NCBI GenBank assembly: GCA_018303075.1
Contig: JAGVYW010000001.1
Coordinates: forward strand, 7,156 to 71,155
DNA from: Candidatus Woesearchaeota archaeon
GTDB lineage: Archaea; Nanobdellota; Nanobdellia; Woesearchaeales; DSVV01
DNA: 64,000 nucleotides
Direction of reading: 5' to 3'
Part shown: positions 18,928 through 29,171 of the stretch, piece after piece
How positions within the stretch are numbered: the stretch's first letter is position 1
Layout of the letters: the number at the start of each line of letters is the position of its first letter
Position numbers and translations under genes: made by a program
The notes under the pieces: generated by a model
The model's input: the letters and a program-made list of their open reading frames with translations, nothing else
Told to the model about the DNA's origin: nothing
Database searches by the model: none

Positions 18928-19003
18928 CTGATTTTAGAATTATGTTTGATTTAAAAAGTTAATCCAGAAAGATTTATATTATTCACTATTTAACTTCATA
19001 ATT

Positions 19004-19453
19004 ATGGCATTAAAAATAATGGAAAAAGATTGCTGTGATATATATGAGAAGTTTGACAAGAAAAATCTTTTGGTTAAAAGCTATTATTATTGGGACGTGC
19101 TTGCAAGAAACAAACAAGTTACACTTGGATCTTGTGTAATTATCCTTAAACGTCATGTTGAAAACTTTGGGCAAGTTGAACCAGATGAACTAACAGAACT
19201 TTCTGACGCTGTTCAAGAACTAGAAAAAGCTCTAAAAAATACATTTGCCTATGATAAAATCAATTATCTTATGCTAATGATGGCAGATAACCACGTCCAC
19301 TTTCATGTACTTCCTCGTTATCAAAAAGATAAAGAGTTTAATAAGATTAAATTTCAAGATAAATGCTGGCCAAAACTCTCAGATATGCAGTCACAAGAGA
19401 TTTCTAAAGAGACAATTATGAAGATAAAGGAAAAGATAATGTCGGGATACTAA
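19004..19453 (+). CDS. HIT-family (histidine triad) hydrolase
   Basis: The histidine triad HVHFHVLPR is present. Confidence 0.7.
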   Translation: MALKIMEKDCCDIYEKFDKKNLLVKSYYYWDVLARNKQVTLGSCVIILKRHVENFGQVEPDELTELSDAVQELEKALKNTFAYDKINYLMLMMADNHVHFHVLPRYQKDKEFNKIKFQDKCWPKLSDMQSQEISKETIMKIKEKIMSGY

Positions 19454-19635
19454 CAATGAAATAAAGCTTTTTTATTGGAAAAAAAGCCTTGTTTAAGCTT
19501 CTTTATCTGCAGATAAGCTTTAGTAATTGCCTATAAAGCTTTGGAAGAGAGCATAAAGCTTTGAGTGTAATCATTTAGAAAGTATGTTTATAAACAACAT
19601 TGTCTTACTATAATATATCATAATGGAGGGATAAT

Positions 19636-21264
19636 ATGAAACTAAAAAATATAGGCAACAAATTATTTACACTATTTGTGTTATTAGTTTTTGTTTTAGG
19701 CACAATACCATTAGCCTTTGCAAGTGAAGATGAAAATAAAAGTAATTCTGGATTAGGTATAGGATTAGGTGCAATCGCAAATGAAGAAGCTTCTGCAGCA
19801 GTAGATATCCAAATAGATACTCAAATTGAAGCAGCTGTACAAACAGAAGTTGCAGCTGAAACAAATACAGAAGCAGCATCATCTTTTGAAGCAAGAGTAA
19901 AAAACTGTATTGCTAGAGTAACTAAGAATCATCCAAAAGCAGATGAAGCAAGAATTGAAAAATTCTGTAGAAAACACATTGAATTAAAGATGAAGATTAA
20001 TGAAAAGATAGGTGAAAAAAAAGAGAAGATAAAAGAGATCAAAGGAGATATAAAAGAATTAGATGAAAAAAGAAAAGAGAATCTCAGGGAATTCAAGCAA
20101 AAATTGGCAGAGAAGAACAAAGATATTAATGAATATAGGTTAAGAACATTAGCAAAAGTAGCAGAGAAAAATGAGAAGATTGCAAAAATGGCAGAAAACC
20201 TTAATGAAAAAGGATTAGAAGTATACACACATTTGAGTGAAAAAGCTAAGCAATGGTGCAATGATAATGCAGAGCAATGTGAAAAAAGAATAAAAAACTG
20301 GAAGCTTGAAAAAGCTAAAGACAAGCGAAAGATAGCAAAAGAAAAATTGGATAAGATTGAAGAAAGATATATCAAAGCAAAAGAAAAGTTTGAAGATGCT
20401 GAAAAAAAATATAAAGAACAAAAAGATCAATTTTCTGAGGTAAAAGAAAAACTAAAAGCATGCAAAAATGACAATCCTTCTGAAGAATGCAAGCAATTGC
20501 AGCAATTAGCAGTTGAAAAAGCAAAAAGAGTGGTGCAGCATTCAATTGAACTGCTTACAAATCATCTAGAAAAGATCAAAGAAAGGATAAATGAGAATGA
20601 AAATATTGCAGACGAGGAAGTTACAAAAATAACTACAGAGATTGATGCTCAGATTAAATTGTTGTCTGAACTTTCTGCAAGAGTTGAAGCAGCAAAGACA
20701 AAGGATGAAATAAAGTCTCTTGCAAAAGGAATACAGGATATATGGAGAAATTACAAGCACAAAGCTGAATCCCATGCATTAAATGTTGCGAATGCTAAAA
20801 TTTTAGGTGTTGTTGAAAGAAGTGAAAAAGTAGAAGATAAATTTCAATGTGTGTTAAACCAGCTTGAATCAGAAGGAAAAGACACAGCTGAGATTGACGC
20901 ATTAGTTGAAAGATACAACACAATGATTACAAGTGCAAGAGAAAATTACGCAAAAGCAAGAGAATCATTCAAAAATGCAATTGAGCTTCGCACAAGCAAG
21001 AATCTAACTTCAGTAGAGATTGAGCAAGTTATAAAGTTAAACAAAGAAGGAAAAGCAGAGCAAGATTCAGCAAAAGCAGCAGTTAAAAATGCACATGAAG
21101 TTGTAAAAGAAATAGTGAAAGCTATTAAAGAGAATGGAGGAGATTTAGACAGCTGCAGCAAAGCTGTTGATAAAGAACTAGAGAATGAAGATGTGCAGGA
21201 AGTTGTAACAGAGAATAATGTGGCTCTTGATGAAGAGATAACTGCTGAAAATAAAGGTGATTAA
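19636..21264 (+). CDS. secreted/surface coiled-coil protein (Lys/Glu-rich)
   Basis: An N-terminal signal/TM segment (LFTLFVLLVFVLGTIPLAFA) is followed by about 500 aa of heptad-like charged low-complexity sequence with a few Cys. Confidence 0.5.
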   Translation: MKLKNIGNKLFTLFVLLVFVLGTIPLAFASEDENKSNSGLGIGLGAIANEEASAAVDIQIDTQIEAAVQTEVAAETNTEAASSFEARVKNCIARVTKNHPKADEARIEKFCRKHIELKMKINEKIGEKKEKIKEIKGDIKELDEKRKENLREFKQKLAEKNKDINEYRLRTLAKVAEKNEKIAKMAENLNEKGLEVYTHLSEKAKQWCNDNAEQCEKRIKNWKLEKAKDKRKIAKEKLDKIEERYIKAKEKFEDAEKKYKEQKDQFSEVKEKLKACKNDNPSEECKQLQQLAVEKAKRVVQHSIELLTNHLEKIKERINENENIADEEVTKITTEIDAQIKLLSELSARVEAAKTKDEIKSLAKGIQDIWRNYKHKAESHALNVANAKILGVVERSEKVEDKFQCVLNQLESEGKDTAEIDALVERYNTMITSARENYAKARESFKNAIELRTSKNLTSVEIEQVIKLNKEGKAEQDSAKAAVKNAHEVVKEIVKAIKENGGDLDSCSKAVDKELENEDVQEVVTENNVALDEEITAENKGD

Positions 21265-21490
21265 AATGAAAAAAATCATTGCAATCAGCATAATGATGTT
21301 ATTAACAGCATTAATTATTTCAGCTTGCACAAAAACAACACAGACAACACCAACTGTACAGCAGCAACCAGTAGAATCTGGACAAAGCTCTGATGTAACA
21401 GCAGCACAAGATCTGCCAGATGAGAATGAATTTTCTCAACCATCTGTTGACAAATTAGATTCAGATTTTGATTTATTTAATGACTGGTAA
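21257..21490 (+). CDS. small secreted/lipoprotein-like protein
   Basis: The N-terminus ends in a lipobox-like ...LIISAC, followed by an acidic Thr/Gln-rich tail. It overlaps the preceding gene's stop codon. Confidence 0.3.
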   Translation: MIKMKKIIAISIMMLLTALIISACTKTTQTTPTVQQQPVESGQSSDVTAAQDLPDENEFSQPSVDKLDSDFDLFNDW

Positions 21491-21579
21491 AATAATCAGT
21501 TTTATTAGATTTTTTATTTTTTTTTATTAATTCAATTTTTCAACAAGTTTTTTATATACCTACTTCTCCAATAAGCTTA

Positions 21580-22866
21580 ATGAAGATAAACAAAACCAAG
21601 AATAATGAGAATGTAAATGATATACTCAATCAGATATCAAAACAATATGAGATCTCAGACAAAGATAGAAAGCAGACTAGTAAAAGAATAACTGAATTCA
21701 TAACTCAATTAAAACTGCAACTCAAAAAGAATAATATAAACGCAAAAGTCATGCTTGGAGGCAGTGCAGCCAAATCAACTTATATCAAGAATGATTTTGA
21801 CTGCGATATATTTGTGCGGTTTAATTATAATAAATATGCAAAAGAAGAACAGAGTATATCAAAATACTTGCAGAAAGCACTTCAAAAATATAATTTTATA
21901 ACAATTCATGGTTCCAGAGATTATTATCATGTCAAAAAAGATGATGTAAATTATGAAATAGTACCTGTATTAGACATAAAAGATCCAAAAAAAGCAGTAA
22001 ATGTGACAGATATGTCGCCATTGCATGTAGAATGGGTAAAGAAGCATATCAATAATAATCTTCGCGATCAGATAATACTTACAAAAGTATTTCTTAAGAC
22101 AAATAATCTTTATGGCGCTGAATCATATGTAAAAGCATTTTCTGGGCATGTTGTTGATATTTTATTAGTGCAATACAAAACATTTCTTAATCTGCTGAAG
22201 CAGTCGCAGAAGTGGAAATTATTTGAAGTAATTGACGTCGAAAAACACAATACAGCTAAATGGCTGAATGAATCAAAGATCTCTCCGCTGATTGTAATTG
22301 ATCCATTATTGCCAAGCAGAAATGCCTGCGCAGCATTAAGCAAGGAAAAGTTTGTTTTATTCAAAGAAACAGCAAAAAAATTTCTAGACAATCCTGATAA
22401 AGAATTCTTTACCAAAAAAACAATTAGTGCAGAACAACTGCAGCAGCAGTTAAATAAAGAGTATAAGAGCAAAAAGATTATAGTTGTTAAAGTTACTCCA
22501 TTAAATGGAAAAGAAGATATAGTTCTGACAAAAGCATTAAAAGCATTTGAGTATCTAAAAAAAATCATTCTTGAAAATTATTTTTTTCTTTTTGACAGCG
22601 GGGTTGATTTTAGCAATAAGAAACAAGTATCTTATTTTTTTGTCACAAACAAAAAAATATTGGATAAACAAAAACTTATTAAAGGACCAGCTGCTGAATT
22701 TACTGAAGGGTGTAAAGCGTTTGCTGCGAAACATACTTCTGCATTTTTGAGAGGAAAACAGTGGTTTGCATATGAAAAAAGGAAGTATATAACTCTTGCA
22801 CAGCTAATTAAAAAAGAATTAAACAATAAATATATTGCTGAAAGAATAAAATCTGCAGAATTGTAA
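21580..22866 (+). CDS. cca: archaeal CCA-adding enzyme (class I tRNA nucleotidyltransferase)
   Basis: The pol-beta-type nucleotidyltransferase motif VMLGGSAAKSTYIKNDFDCDIFV lies near the N-terminus. The length (428 aa) is typical of archaeal CCA enzymes. Both tRNAs in the window lack an encoded CCA. Confidence 0.65.
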   Translation: MKINKTKNNENVNDILNQISKQYEISDKDRKQTSKRITEFITQLKLQLKKNNINAKVMLGGSAAKSTYIKNDFDCDIFVRFNYNKYAKEEQSISKYLQKALQKYNFITIHGSRDYYHVKKDDVNYEIVPVLDIKDPKKAVNVTDMSPLHVEWVKKHINNNLRDQIILTKVFLKTNNLYGAESYVKAFSGHVVDILLVQYKTFLNLLKQSQKWKLFEVIDVEKHNTAKWLNESKISPLIVIDPLLPSRNACAALSKEKFVLFKETAKKFLDNPDKEFFTKKTISAEQLQQQLNKEYKSKKIIVVKVTPLNGKEDIVLTKALKAFEYLKKIILENYFFLFDSGVDFSNKKQVSYFFVTNKKILDKQKLIKGPAAEFTEGCKAFAAKHTSAFLRGKQWFAYEKRKYITLAQLIKKELNNKYIAERIKSAEL

Positions 22867-23078
22867 AAGAGATTGTGCCAAAAGTAATTAACCACTTTGT
22901 TCTATATAAGAATTAATGGTTGAGATAATTATTTTATGAAATTTATGGTCAACCTTACATAGCTTTTTTGTAACAATTCTTTCATTAATAGTAAAAATGC
23001 GATGGGGTTTAACCCAACTCTCAAATAATAAATTTCCTTCTTCTAAAAGGAAAAGGCATAAGTACAATATCGCATTGA

Positions 23079-23309
23079 TTATACATTATTCCACCGTTCA
23101 TCTGCTTCATTATTCCAATCTTTCTTGAGAATCTGCTCTGAAGCAAGCATTGTCATAATTGACTCTGCATTTGGGTGTTTTTCTAATTTTTCAAGTTCAT
23201 CTAATTTTTTATTGATAATCCTTCTAACATATTCGCTCCATTTTATTTCAGTATGATTTCTCATTCTTTTATATACAGAATACTCAATTGATAAAGTAAT
23301 GTTTGTCAT
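23079..23309 (-). CDS. ribbon-helix-helix (CopG/Arc-like) protein, possible antitoxin or small regulator
   Basis: A beta-strand ITLSI is followed by helices (SVYKRMRNHTEIKWSEYVRRIINKKLDELEK). The start is placed at MTNITLSI. Confidence 0.4.
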   Translation of the reverse strand: MTNITLSIEYSVYKRMRNHTEIKWSEYVRRIINKKLDELEKLEKHPNAESIMTMLASEQILKKDWNNEADERWNNV

Positions 23310-23391
23310 ACCGTATATAAGTGAGCACACTTATTTAAATTTTTTGGAAAATATAAAAAGTTTTATATTGAAGAACATAATAATAACATTT

Positions 23392-24000
23392 ATGCCATTC
23401 AAATTTCACAAAAAGCGATTTATTGAAGAACAAAAGCTTCCATTAATAATAATAACAATTGGTATTCTTATATTATTTGTGAGTATATTTATAGACAATA
23501 GTATTTTACAATCTGCAAAAACAATCAACAATGTTTATATAACATTCTTCTTTCATTGGCTCAGTGATTTTACGCTAATATTTACTATAATTGGTGTTTT
23601 TATATCACTATTGTTTTTTTATGAAGAAAAAAAAGATAGTATTTTTCAGCTATGGCTTATCTTATTGCTGACACTTATTGTAACTGTAATTATCAAAGTT
23701 GCTGTTGCAAGAACACGTCCATCAGAGATTTTATTTGGCTTTTCTGGATTAGATTATTCATTCCCATCACAGCACACTGCATTTGTATTTGCTGTACTTC
23801 CATTACTCTACAAAAGATTAAAAGAACTAAAATGGTATTTTCTTGGATTTGCTATTATTGTTGGTATAAGTAGGATCTATCTTACTGTCCACTACACAAG
23901 TGATGTAATTGCTGGTGCATTAATTGGCTATATTATCGGTTGGTGTGTTGTCACATTTAGAGAGAAATATAGATATTTGCAGGATTATACAATAAACTAA
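23392..24000 (+). CDS. PAP2-family membrane phosphatase
   Basis: All three PAP2 motifs are present: KVAVARTRP, PSQH, and SRIYLTVHYTSD. Confidence 0.7.
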   Translation: MPFKFHKKRFIEEQKLPLIIITIGILILFVSIFIDNSILQSAKTINNVYITFFFHWLSDFTLIFTIIGVFISLLFFYEEKKDSIFQLWLILLLTLIVTVIIKVAVARTRPSEILFGFSGLDYSFPSQHTAFVFAVLPLLYKRLKELKWYFLGFAIIVGISRIYLTVHYTSDVIAGALIGYIIGWCVVTFREKYRYLQDYTIN

Positions 24001-24033
24001 TAGGATAGGAATGATATTTATCTTGGTGTAAAC

Positions 24034-24612
24034 ATGAACCAATACTTTGAAATAAAAAGAAAACTGCTTCATATCCTATTAGGAATCATCTTAATTGTTC
24101 TTCTATATTATGATATTCTTACTGCAATAATTCTGATAATAACAATAGTAATTGGATTAATTGCTGCGTATAGTGCAAAACATTGTACTCTGCCAATTAT
24201 TTCATGGTGTCTAGATAAATTTGAAAGAAGAAATGTATTTCCTGGCAAAGGTGTTTTTACTTTTTTAATAGGAACAACAATAGTAATAGCTGTATTTCAA
24301 AAAGAGATTGCATTGGCAGCAATTGCAATTCTCACCTTTGGCGATTCATTCTCACATCTGATTGGAAGATACTATGGCAATATAAAACATCCTTTAAACA
24401 ATGAAAAACTAATAGAAGGCACAATTGCGGGCATTGTTATTGGATTTGCATCAGCACTCTTTTTTGTCTCTCCTATAGAAGCATTCTCAGCAGCTCTTTT
24501 TGCAATCAGTTTTGAATCTTTTGAAATAAGAATAAAACAATATATCATTGATGATAATATAAGCATACCTGTTATTGCAGGAGTTGTTATATTTGTTTTA
24601 CGGTTACTCTAA
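24034..24612 (+). CDS. polytopic membrane protein, CTP-transferase/dolichol-kinase-like
   Basis: Six transmembrane segments and an FGDSFSHLIGRYYG motif resemble CdsA/dolichol kinase C-terminal motifs. The assignment is tentative. Confidence 0.35.
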   Translation: MNQYFEIKRKLLHILLGIILIVLLYYDILTAIILIITIVIGLIAAYSAKHCTLPIISWCLDKFERRNVFPGKGVFTFLIGTTIVIAVFQKEIALAAIAILTFGDSFSHLIGRYYGNIKHPLNNEKLIEGTIAGIVIGFASALFFVSPIEAFSAALFAISFESFEIRIKQYIIDDNISIPVIAGVVIFVLRLL

Positions 24613-24743
24613 ATCAACATGAATTATATTTGTTTAGTTTGTTCAATTTTTCGAAATTTTACAGAATTATTACGCAAAGCTTTATATATTAGTATAACCA
24701 AAATTACATAAATTAAATTAAAATCAAAAGGAGTGAGATTTTT

Positions 24744-25598
24744 ATGAATAAAAAAGGTGTTTATTCTTTATTAATTGTAGTACTTGTAGTTGTAATAGGC
24801 GCATTAGCATTACTGAGCATAAACGATACAGGCAATGTACTTACTGGAAGTGTTGTATTAGAGATTGATGAGAAAACATTTTCAGATTGTATGAATGTAG
24901 AAGCAAATAGATTAGGAGAATATGATAATATTGAAACTTACTGCAAATGTAAAGCAGAAGAAAAAAAAGGCTGTAACCTATACTTAAAGAAGAAAAACAG
25001 CAAGATGTGTGAAGCGGGATATCTGCCTGAATTCCAATGTGAAAAAAATTCACGGCAAAAAGATATCCAATATCAGAAATATCAATTTGCAGATTGCAAA
25101 AGTAAAATGGTTCCTGTCAAAGAATGTGACTCTGGTTGTGCTGGAGATATCTGTGCAAATCAAGCGTGCACTGATACAGACGGCGGAAATAAACCATATA
25201 TTGGTGGAACTGTTAAAGGAAACAACAAGTTTGACCAGATGACTGAGTTAAGTGATATTTGCACATCTTCTGATACATTAAGAGAATTCTATTGCAAAAA
25301 TGATGTTATTTCAGATATGTACACATCATGTTCTTTTGGCTGTGACAAAGCAAAAGCAGAATGCATTGTTGCTCCTTGTACTGACACAGATGAAGGTCAA
25401 GCAATCTATAAAGCAGGCAAAACAACAGGTGCAGTATTTGGCGAGTCAATTGATGTAAAGACAGTAAAAGATGATGTATGTGTTAACAGCAAACAATTAA
25501 AAGAATATTATTGCCATTTAACTGGAGCTGTTTCATCAGTAACAGTAGATTGCACATATGGCTGTAATGAAGGAAAGTGTACTGCTCCGACTGGATAA
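24744..25598 (+). CDS. Cys-rich secreted repeat protein (N-terminal TM anchor)
   Basis: A signal/anchor segment is followed by repeated modules containing CTDTDGG / CTDTDEG and many paired Cys. Confidence 0.5.
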   Translation: MNKKGVYSLLIVVLVVVIGALALLSINDTGNVLTGSVVLEIDEKTFSDCMNVEANRLGEYDNIETYCKCKAEEKKGCNLYLKKKNSKMCEAGYLPEFQCEKNSRQKDIQYQKYQFADCKSKMVPVKECDSGCAGDICANQACTDTDGGNKPYIGGTVKGNNKFDQMTELSDICTSSDTLREFYCKNDVISDMYTSCSFGCDKAKAECIVAPCTDTDEGQAIYKAGKTTGAVFGESIDVKTVKDDVCVNSKQLKEYYCHLTGAVSSVTVDCTYGCNEGKCTAPTG

Positions 25599-25628
25599 AA
25601 ACAATTATAAAAATAGAGGTGTATAAGT

Positions 25629-27059
25629 ATGTTAAAAAAGGCAAATAATTATAGTTTAGTTATAGTTGGTATTGTTGCAGTTGTTGCGGTTGTTGCATTG
25701 TTTAAGATGTCAGGCAGTAGTTCTTCGATAGAAGTTGAACAAGAATTTGTAACTGAAGATATAACAGGAAATGCAGTTGCAACAGTAAATAATATGCAAG
25801 TTAAAGGAGCAACTTGTAATGTTTTAAAAAGTGGTTCAATTAATTACACAACTTATGGTAGTAGTTATCCTATACGGGTAAATCCAAAGCAATCTTACTG
25901 TGGTACTTCTGAAATCACTGTACCAAAAACAGATGTAGTAAGTTATTCATATAGATGCCAAAATGGCAAATTATACAATGGAACAGTTGTTTGCTCAAAT
26001 GGTTGTGATTCAGCAACAGGAAAATGTAAAACAACAGTTGTACCATCCTCCTCCTTATCTCAACAGATACAATGTTCTGGATTCAAAAATGCAACAAAAA
26101 CAATGATAAATCTTTCTTTTCCTATTAATACTTTTGATGGTTATACATCATCTGTTATTCAAGAGAAATCTATTATTCAAGAGAATAAGACTTTTTGCAG
26201 TTCTACCATTGGTGGATATGATATAACTAGCCTTTCATGTGAAAATGGAATCTTAAAGAATAAAACTATATCATGTAAGCAATATGATTGTGTTGATGGA
26301 GTGTGTCTTAAACCAAGCTGCAAAGAATACAAAGCTTCAAATGGTACAATGATGGTGAACTATTTAGAAATGGATAAGGGTAAATATTCTTGGGGTTATG
26401 GAAAATCTAAAAACATATCAAAACAAATGTGTAATGGTAATAATTTAATCGTATACTCTTGTTATAAACAAAATAATACTTTACAGAAACAATATATTAA
26501 TTGTGAAAATGGATGTAATCTTAATACAGATGTATGCAACCAAAATTATTGCTCTGAATTCAAAAATGTAACAAATGGAGAAATATATATTAATGCAACT
26601 TTGTATTTGAAGAATTATAATAATAATGATTATTTTACTAGTTATTATGGAACTTATGCAAAGGAAAAACCTTATTGTTTGAATTCAAATGAATCAGCTA
26701 TTTATAGATGTACTAGTGGTCTATTAAATACAGAGAAAATAAAATGTAAAGATGGTTGTAATTGGTCAACAGGAGGGTGTAAAACAACAACAATACAAAC
26801 TTCTTCGCTGGTTGTTCAGGATTTTAGCTGTAATTTAATAAATGAAACCCACTTTAATATGACTTATCCAGATGGAGACATATATCCAACTAAAATAGGT
26901 GAATCTAATTGTGGTAATTATATTTATGGCCAATCAAGTTATCAACCAACAAATGCAACATTAATGTATTCTTATAACTGCAGTGGCAGTAAACTTTATA
27001 ATATAACCCAAAAATGTCCAAAAGGATGTGTTATATCTGCAGGAACATGTAAAGAATAA
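25629..27059 (+). CDS. Cys-rich secreted repeat protein (paralogous architecture)
   Basis: An N-terminal TM anchor is followed by at least six repeated modules of the type Y.C.NG.L.N....C..GC......C, which are Asn-rich. Confidence 0.5.
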   Translation: MLKKANNYSLVIVGIVAVVAVVALFKMSGSSSSIEVEQEFVTEDITGNAVATVNNMQVKGATCNVLKSGSINYTTYGSSYPIRVNPKQSYCGTSEITVPKTDVVSYSYRCQNGKLYNGTVVCSNGCDSATGKCKTTVVPSSSLSQQIQCSGFKNATKTMINLSFPINTFDGYTSSVIQEKSIIQENKTFCSSTIGGYDITSLSCENGILKNKTISCKQYDCVDGVCLKPSCKEYKASNGTMMVNYLEMDKGKYSWGYGKSKNISKQMCNGNNLIVYSCYKQNNTLQKQYINCENGCNLNTDVCNQNYCSEFKNVTNGEIYINATLYLKNYNNNDYFTSYYGTYAKEKPYCLNSNESAIYRCTSGLLNTEKIKCKDGCNWSTGGCKTTTIQTSSLVVQDFSCNLINETHFNMTYPDGDIYPTKIGESNCGNYIYGQSSYQPTNATLMYSYNCSGSKLYNITQKCPKGCVISAGTCKE

Positions 27060-27078
27060 TTTTTTTATTTTTTTTTAT

Positions 27079-28338
27079 TTACAAATTTTTCTTAAGAAAG
27101 AATAAATATGCTGGTAAGACTGTAATGGTATTGCCTTTCTGTTGTATCTTTTCTTGTTTTGCTTTTGAAACAACAACACCTTCTTTACAATTAAATTGCT
27201 GCATAAAAGCAAGTAATCCATTTATCTCAATCTTCCCATATTTTATTTCAATAGGGATAATTTTCTCTTTTGTAATTATAGCATCAACCTCATTCTTGTA
27301 AGAATCTCTCCAAAAAAATTCTGCTTTGAGTTTATTTATAATTACTGATTCAAATACTTTTGATTTTGAATAGTCATCTTCTCTAAATAAAATATCTCCT
27401 GAAATAATAGTTGGATAATATTTTTTTAACTTTCGCTCTATTTTCCTTCTATTTCTTGAATAATTGTATAACTTTCGTAAAAGAAACGATTCTTCAAGAT
27501 ATGAAAGATACAAAGATAATGTTTGCCGTGCAATATTTAATTCTTTTGCAAGATCATCTAATTGAATTATCTGTCCAGGCTCTTCCATAATTATATTTAC
27601 AAGCGATTGTATAAGAGAAATATCTTTAATTGCAAAAAGAATCGGAATATCACTATAAATTGTTTTTTCAATAATATTTTCTCTAATATATTTTTTAATC
27701 AGCTCTTTATCCTGCAGATCGATTATTTCTGGAAATCCTTGCGTAATAATAAATTGCTGAAATAATTGAGAAAGCTCTTTTTCATACAATTTCTCGTTTT
27801 TTATTTTAATTCCTTTAAATGCTAGATACTCTAAAAATGTTAATGGTTCAATCTTAAACTCAAATATTCTTCCAGCAAGCGACTCTTTTGATTTTCTTCT
27901 GATAAACAATGATTCAGAACCAGAAATAATAATCTTAACGTTTTTAGAGTAATTGTCATAAATCCTCTTAATCTGTTCTTCCCAATTCCTTACTTTTTGT
28001 ATTTCATCAAATAAAAATAGATATTTCCCTTGATTTAACTGTTTATTCATCAGTTGCTCATATTCCTTGATAATCTCTCGTATTTCTTTATCTCTAAATT
28101 CGTCAAACGAAAAATACATGATATTCTCAGGATTTATTCCTTGTTTGATATAATCATCAACTATTTTAAACATTAATGTAGTTTTACCTACTCTTCGTAA
28201 GCCAGTCAAGGAAATAATCTGCTTCTGGGTGATACACTTGTTTATTATTGTATAAATCTCTCTATCTTTATACTCTAATTCTAACTTTTCTTTCCACCAT
28301 TTGTTTGATTCTTGAAGTACATCTTTAATTTGCGGCAT
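27079..28338 (-). CDS. AAA+ ATPase, archaeal AAA_14/DUF4143 family
   Basis: The Walker A site is GLRRVGKTT and Walker B is LFLFDE, with a C-terminal DUF4143-like region. Confidence 0.7.
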   Translation of the reverse strand: MPQIKDVLQESNKWWKEKLELEYKDREIYTIINKCITQKQIISLTGLRRVGKTTLMFKIVDDYIKQGINPENIMYFSFDEFRDKEIREIIKEYEQLMNKQLNQGKYLFLFDEIQKVRNWEEQIKRIYDNYSKNVKIIISGSESLFIRRKSKESLAGRIFEFKIEPLTFLEYLAFKGIKIKNEKLYEKELSQLFQQFIITQGFPEIIDLQDKELIKKYIRENIIEKTIYSDIPILFAIKDISLIQSLVNIIMEEPGQIIQLDDLAKELNIARQTLSLYLSYLEESFLLRKLYNYSRNRRKIERKLKKYYPTIISGDILFREDDYSKSKVFESVIINKLKAEFFWRDSYKNEVDAIITKEKIIPIEIKYGKIEINGLLAFMQQFNCKEGVVVSKAKQEKIQQKGNTITVLPAYLFFLKKNL

Positions 28339-28608
28339 GTTGAACTAACCCTAAATCGATTTTATGTTAGTCATAACTAACGTAGATTTATAAATGTTTT
28401 GGGTGAGAGTAGTTAATAATTGTGCTGTGCTCATAAATAATAAGAAAATACATTCAGCAATGTACCCAAAAAATTATTTATTTTGCTATATTCCACAATA
28501 AGTTAAATTTGTATCTCTAAATTTCTTCTTGCCTGTTGTTACAAGGATTTTTTCTTTGATGTTTTTAAATTTGATTAATAATTTGTTTAGAACAAACTGC
28601 TGTGATAA

Positions 28609-29145
28609 TCAAGGTAATCTATCCAATTGTTTTACTTGATAATTCTCTTCTTCTATAGTAATTACTTCCTCTTCCTGTTTCTTATGTTCTTCTGCTTTCT
28701 TTGGCTCTTTTTTCTCTTTTTCATGATGCTCTGCTATGAATGCCTTATCTCTTATCTTGCTCTGCACAGCATCCATCTCTTCCGGCTGCAATTGTTTAGG
28801 CTTCCATTGAAAGTTAATGCCATCATCTTCTCGTCTAGATAACACCATACAAACAAGATGTGGATATGGATTATTAGTATTGTCACCATTAAACATAACA
28901 ATATTTGTGCCTTGCGCTCCAGAAGCTTCAAACAATGCAGATGCAGTTGTATTTGCTACAGTAAACAATTGCTGAACAACTATATCCTGCAATGCTTCAA
29001 TTGTATCAACATGCTGTTTAGAAAAAATTTCAACATGACCAAGTGCTGCTGGATATTCACTTAACATAGCTAGAACTATTGCATCCTCATAAACAATCTT
29101 TGCTTTTAATTTTCCTTCTTTTATTTTACAAAGTTTACATTCCAA
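28609..29145 (-). CDS. HIT-like protein with a degenerate histidine triad and a charged C-terminal tail
   Basis: An N-terminal C-x2-C (MECKLCKI) and GHVEIFSKQH match the HIT fold. The triad position reads PHLVCMV, so only one His remains. Confidence 0.45.
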   Translation of the reverse strand: MECKLCKIKEGKLKAKIVYEDAIVLAMLSEYPAALGHVEIFSKQHVDTIEALQDIVVQQLFTVANTTASALFEASGAQGTNIVMFNGDNTNNPYPHLVCMVLSRREDDGINFQWKPKQLQPEEMDAVQSKIRDKAFIAEHHEKEKKEPKKAEEHKKQEEEVITIEEENYQVKQLDRLP

Positions 29146-29171
29146 AAAAACTCACTTCGTTCGTTTTTTTA

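Noticed and set aside
23079-23330. Possibility that the RHH gene at 23079-23309 forms a TA pair with the PAP2 gene.
   Set aside because: The downstream gene is a divergently oriented PAP2 membrane phosphatase, not a toxin, so the RHH protein is a solitary regulator or orphan antitoxin at best.
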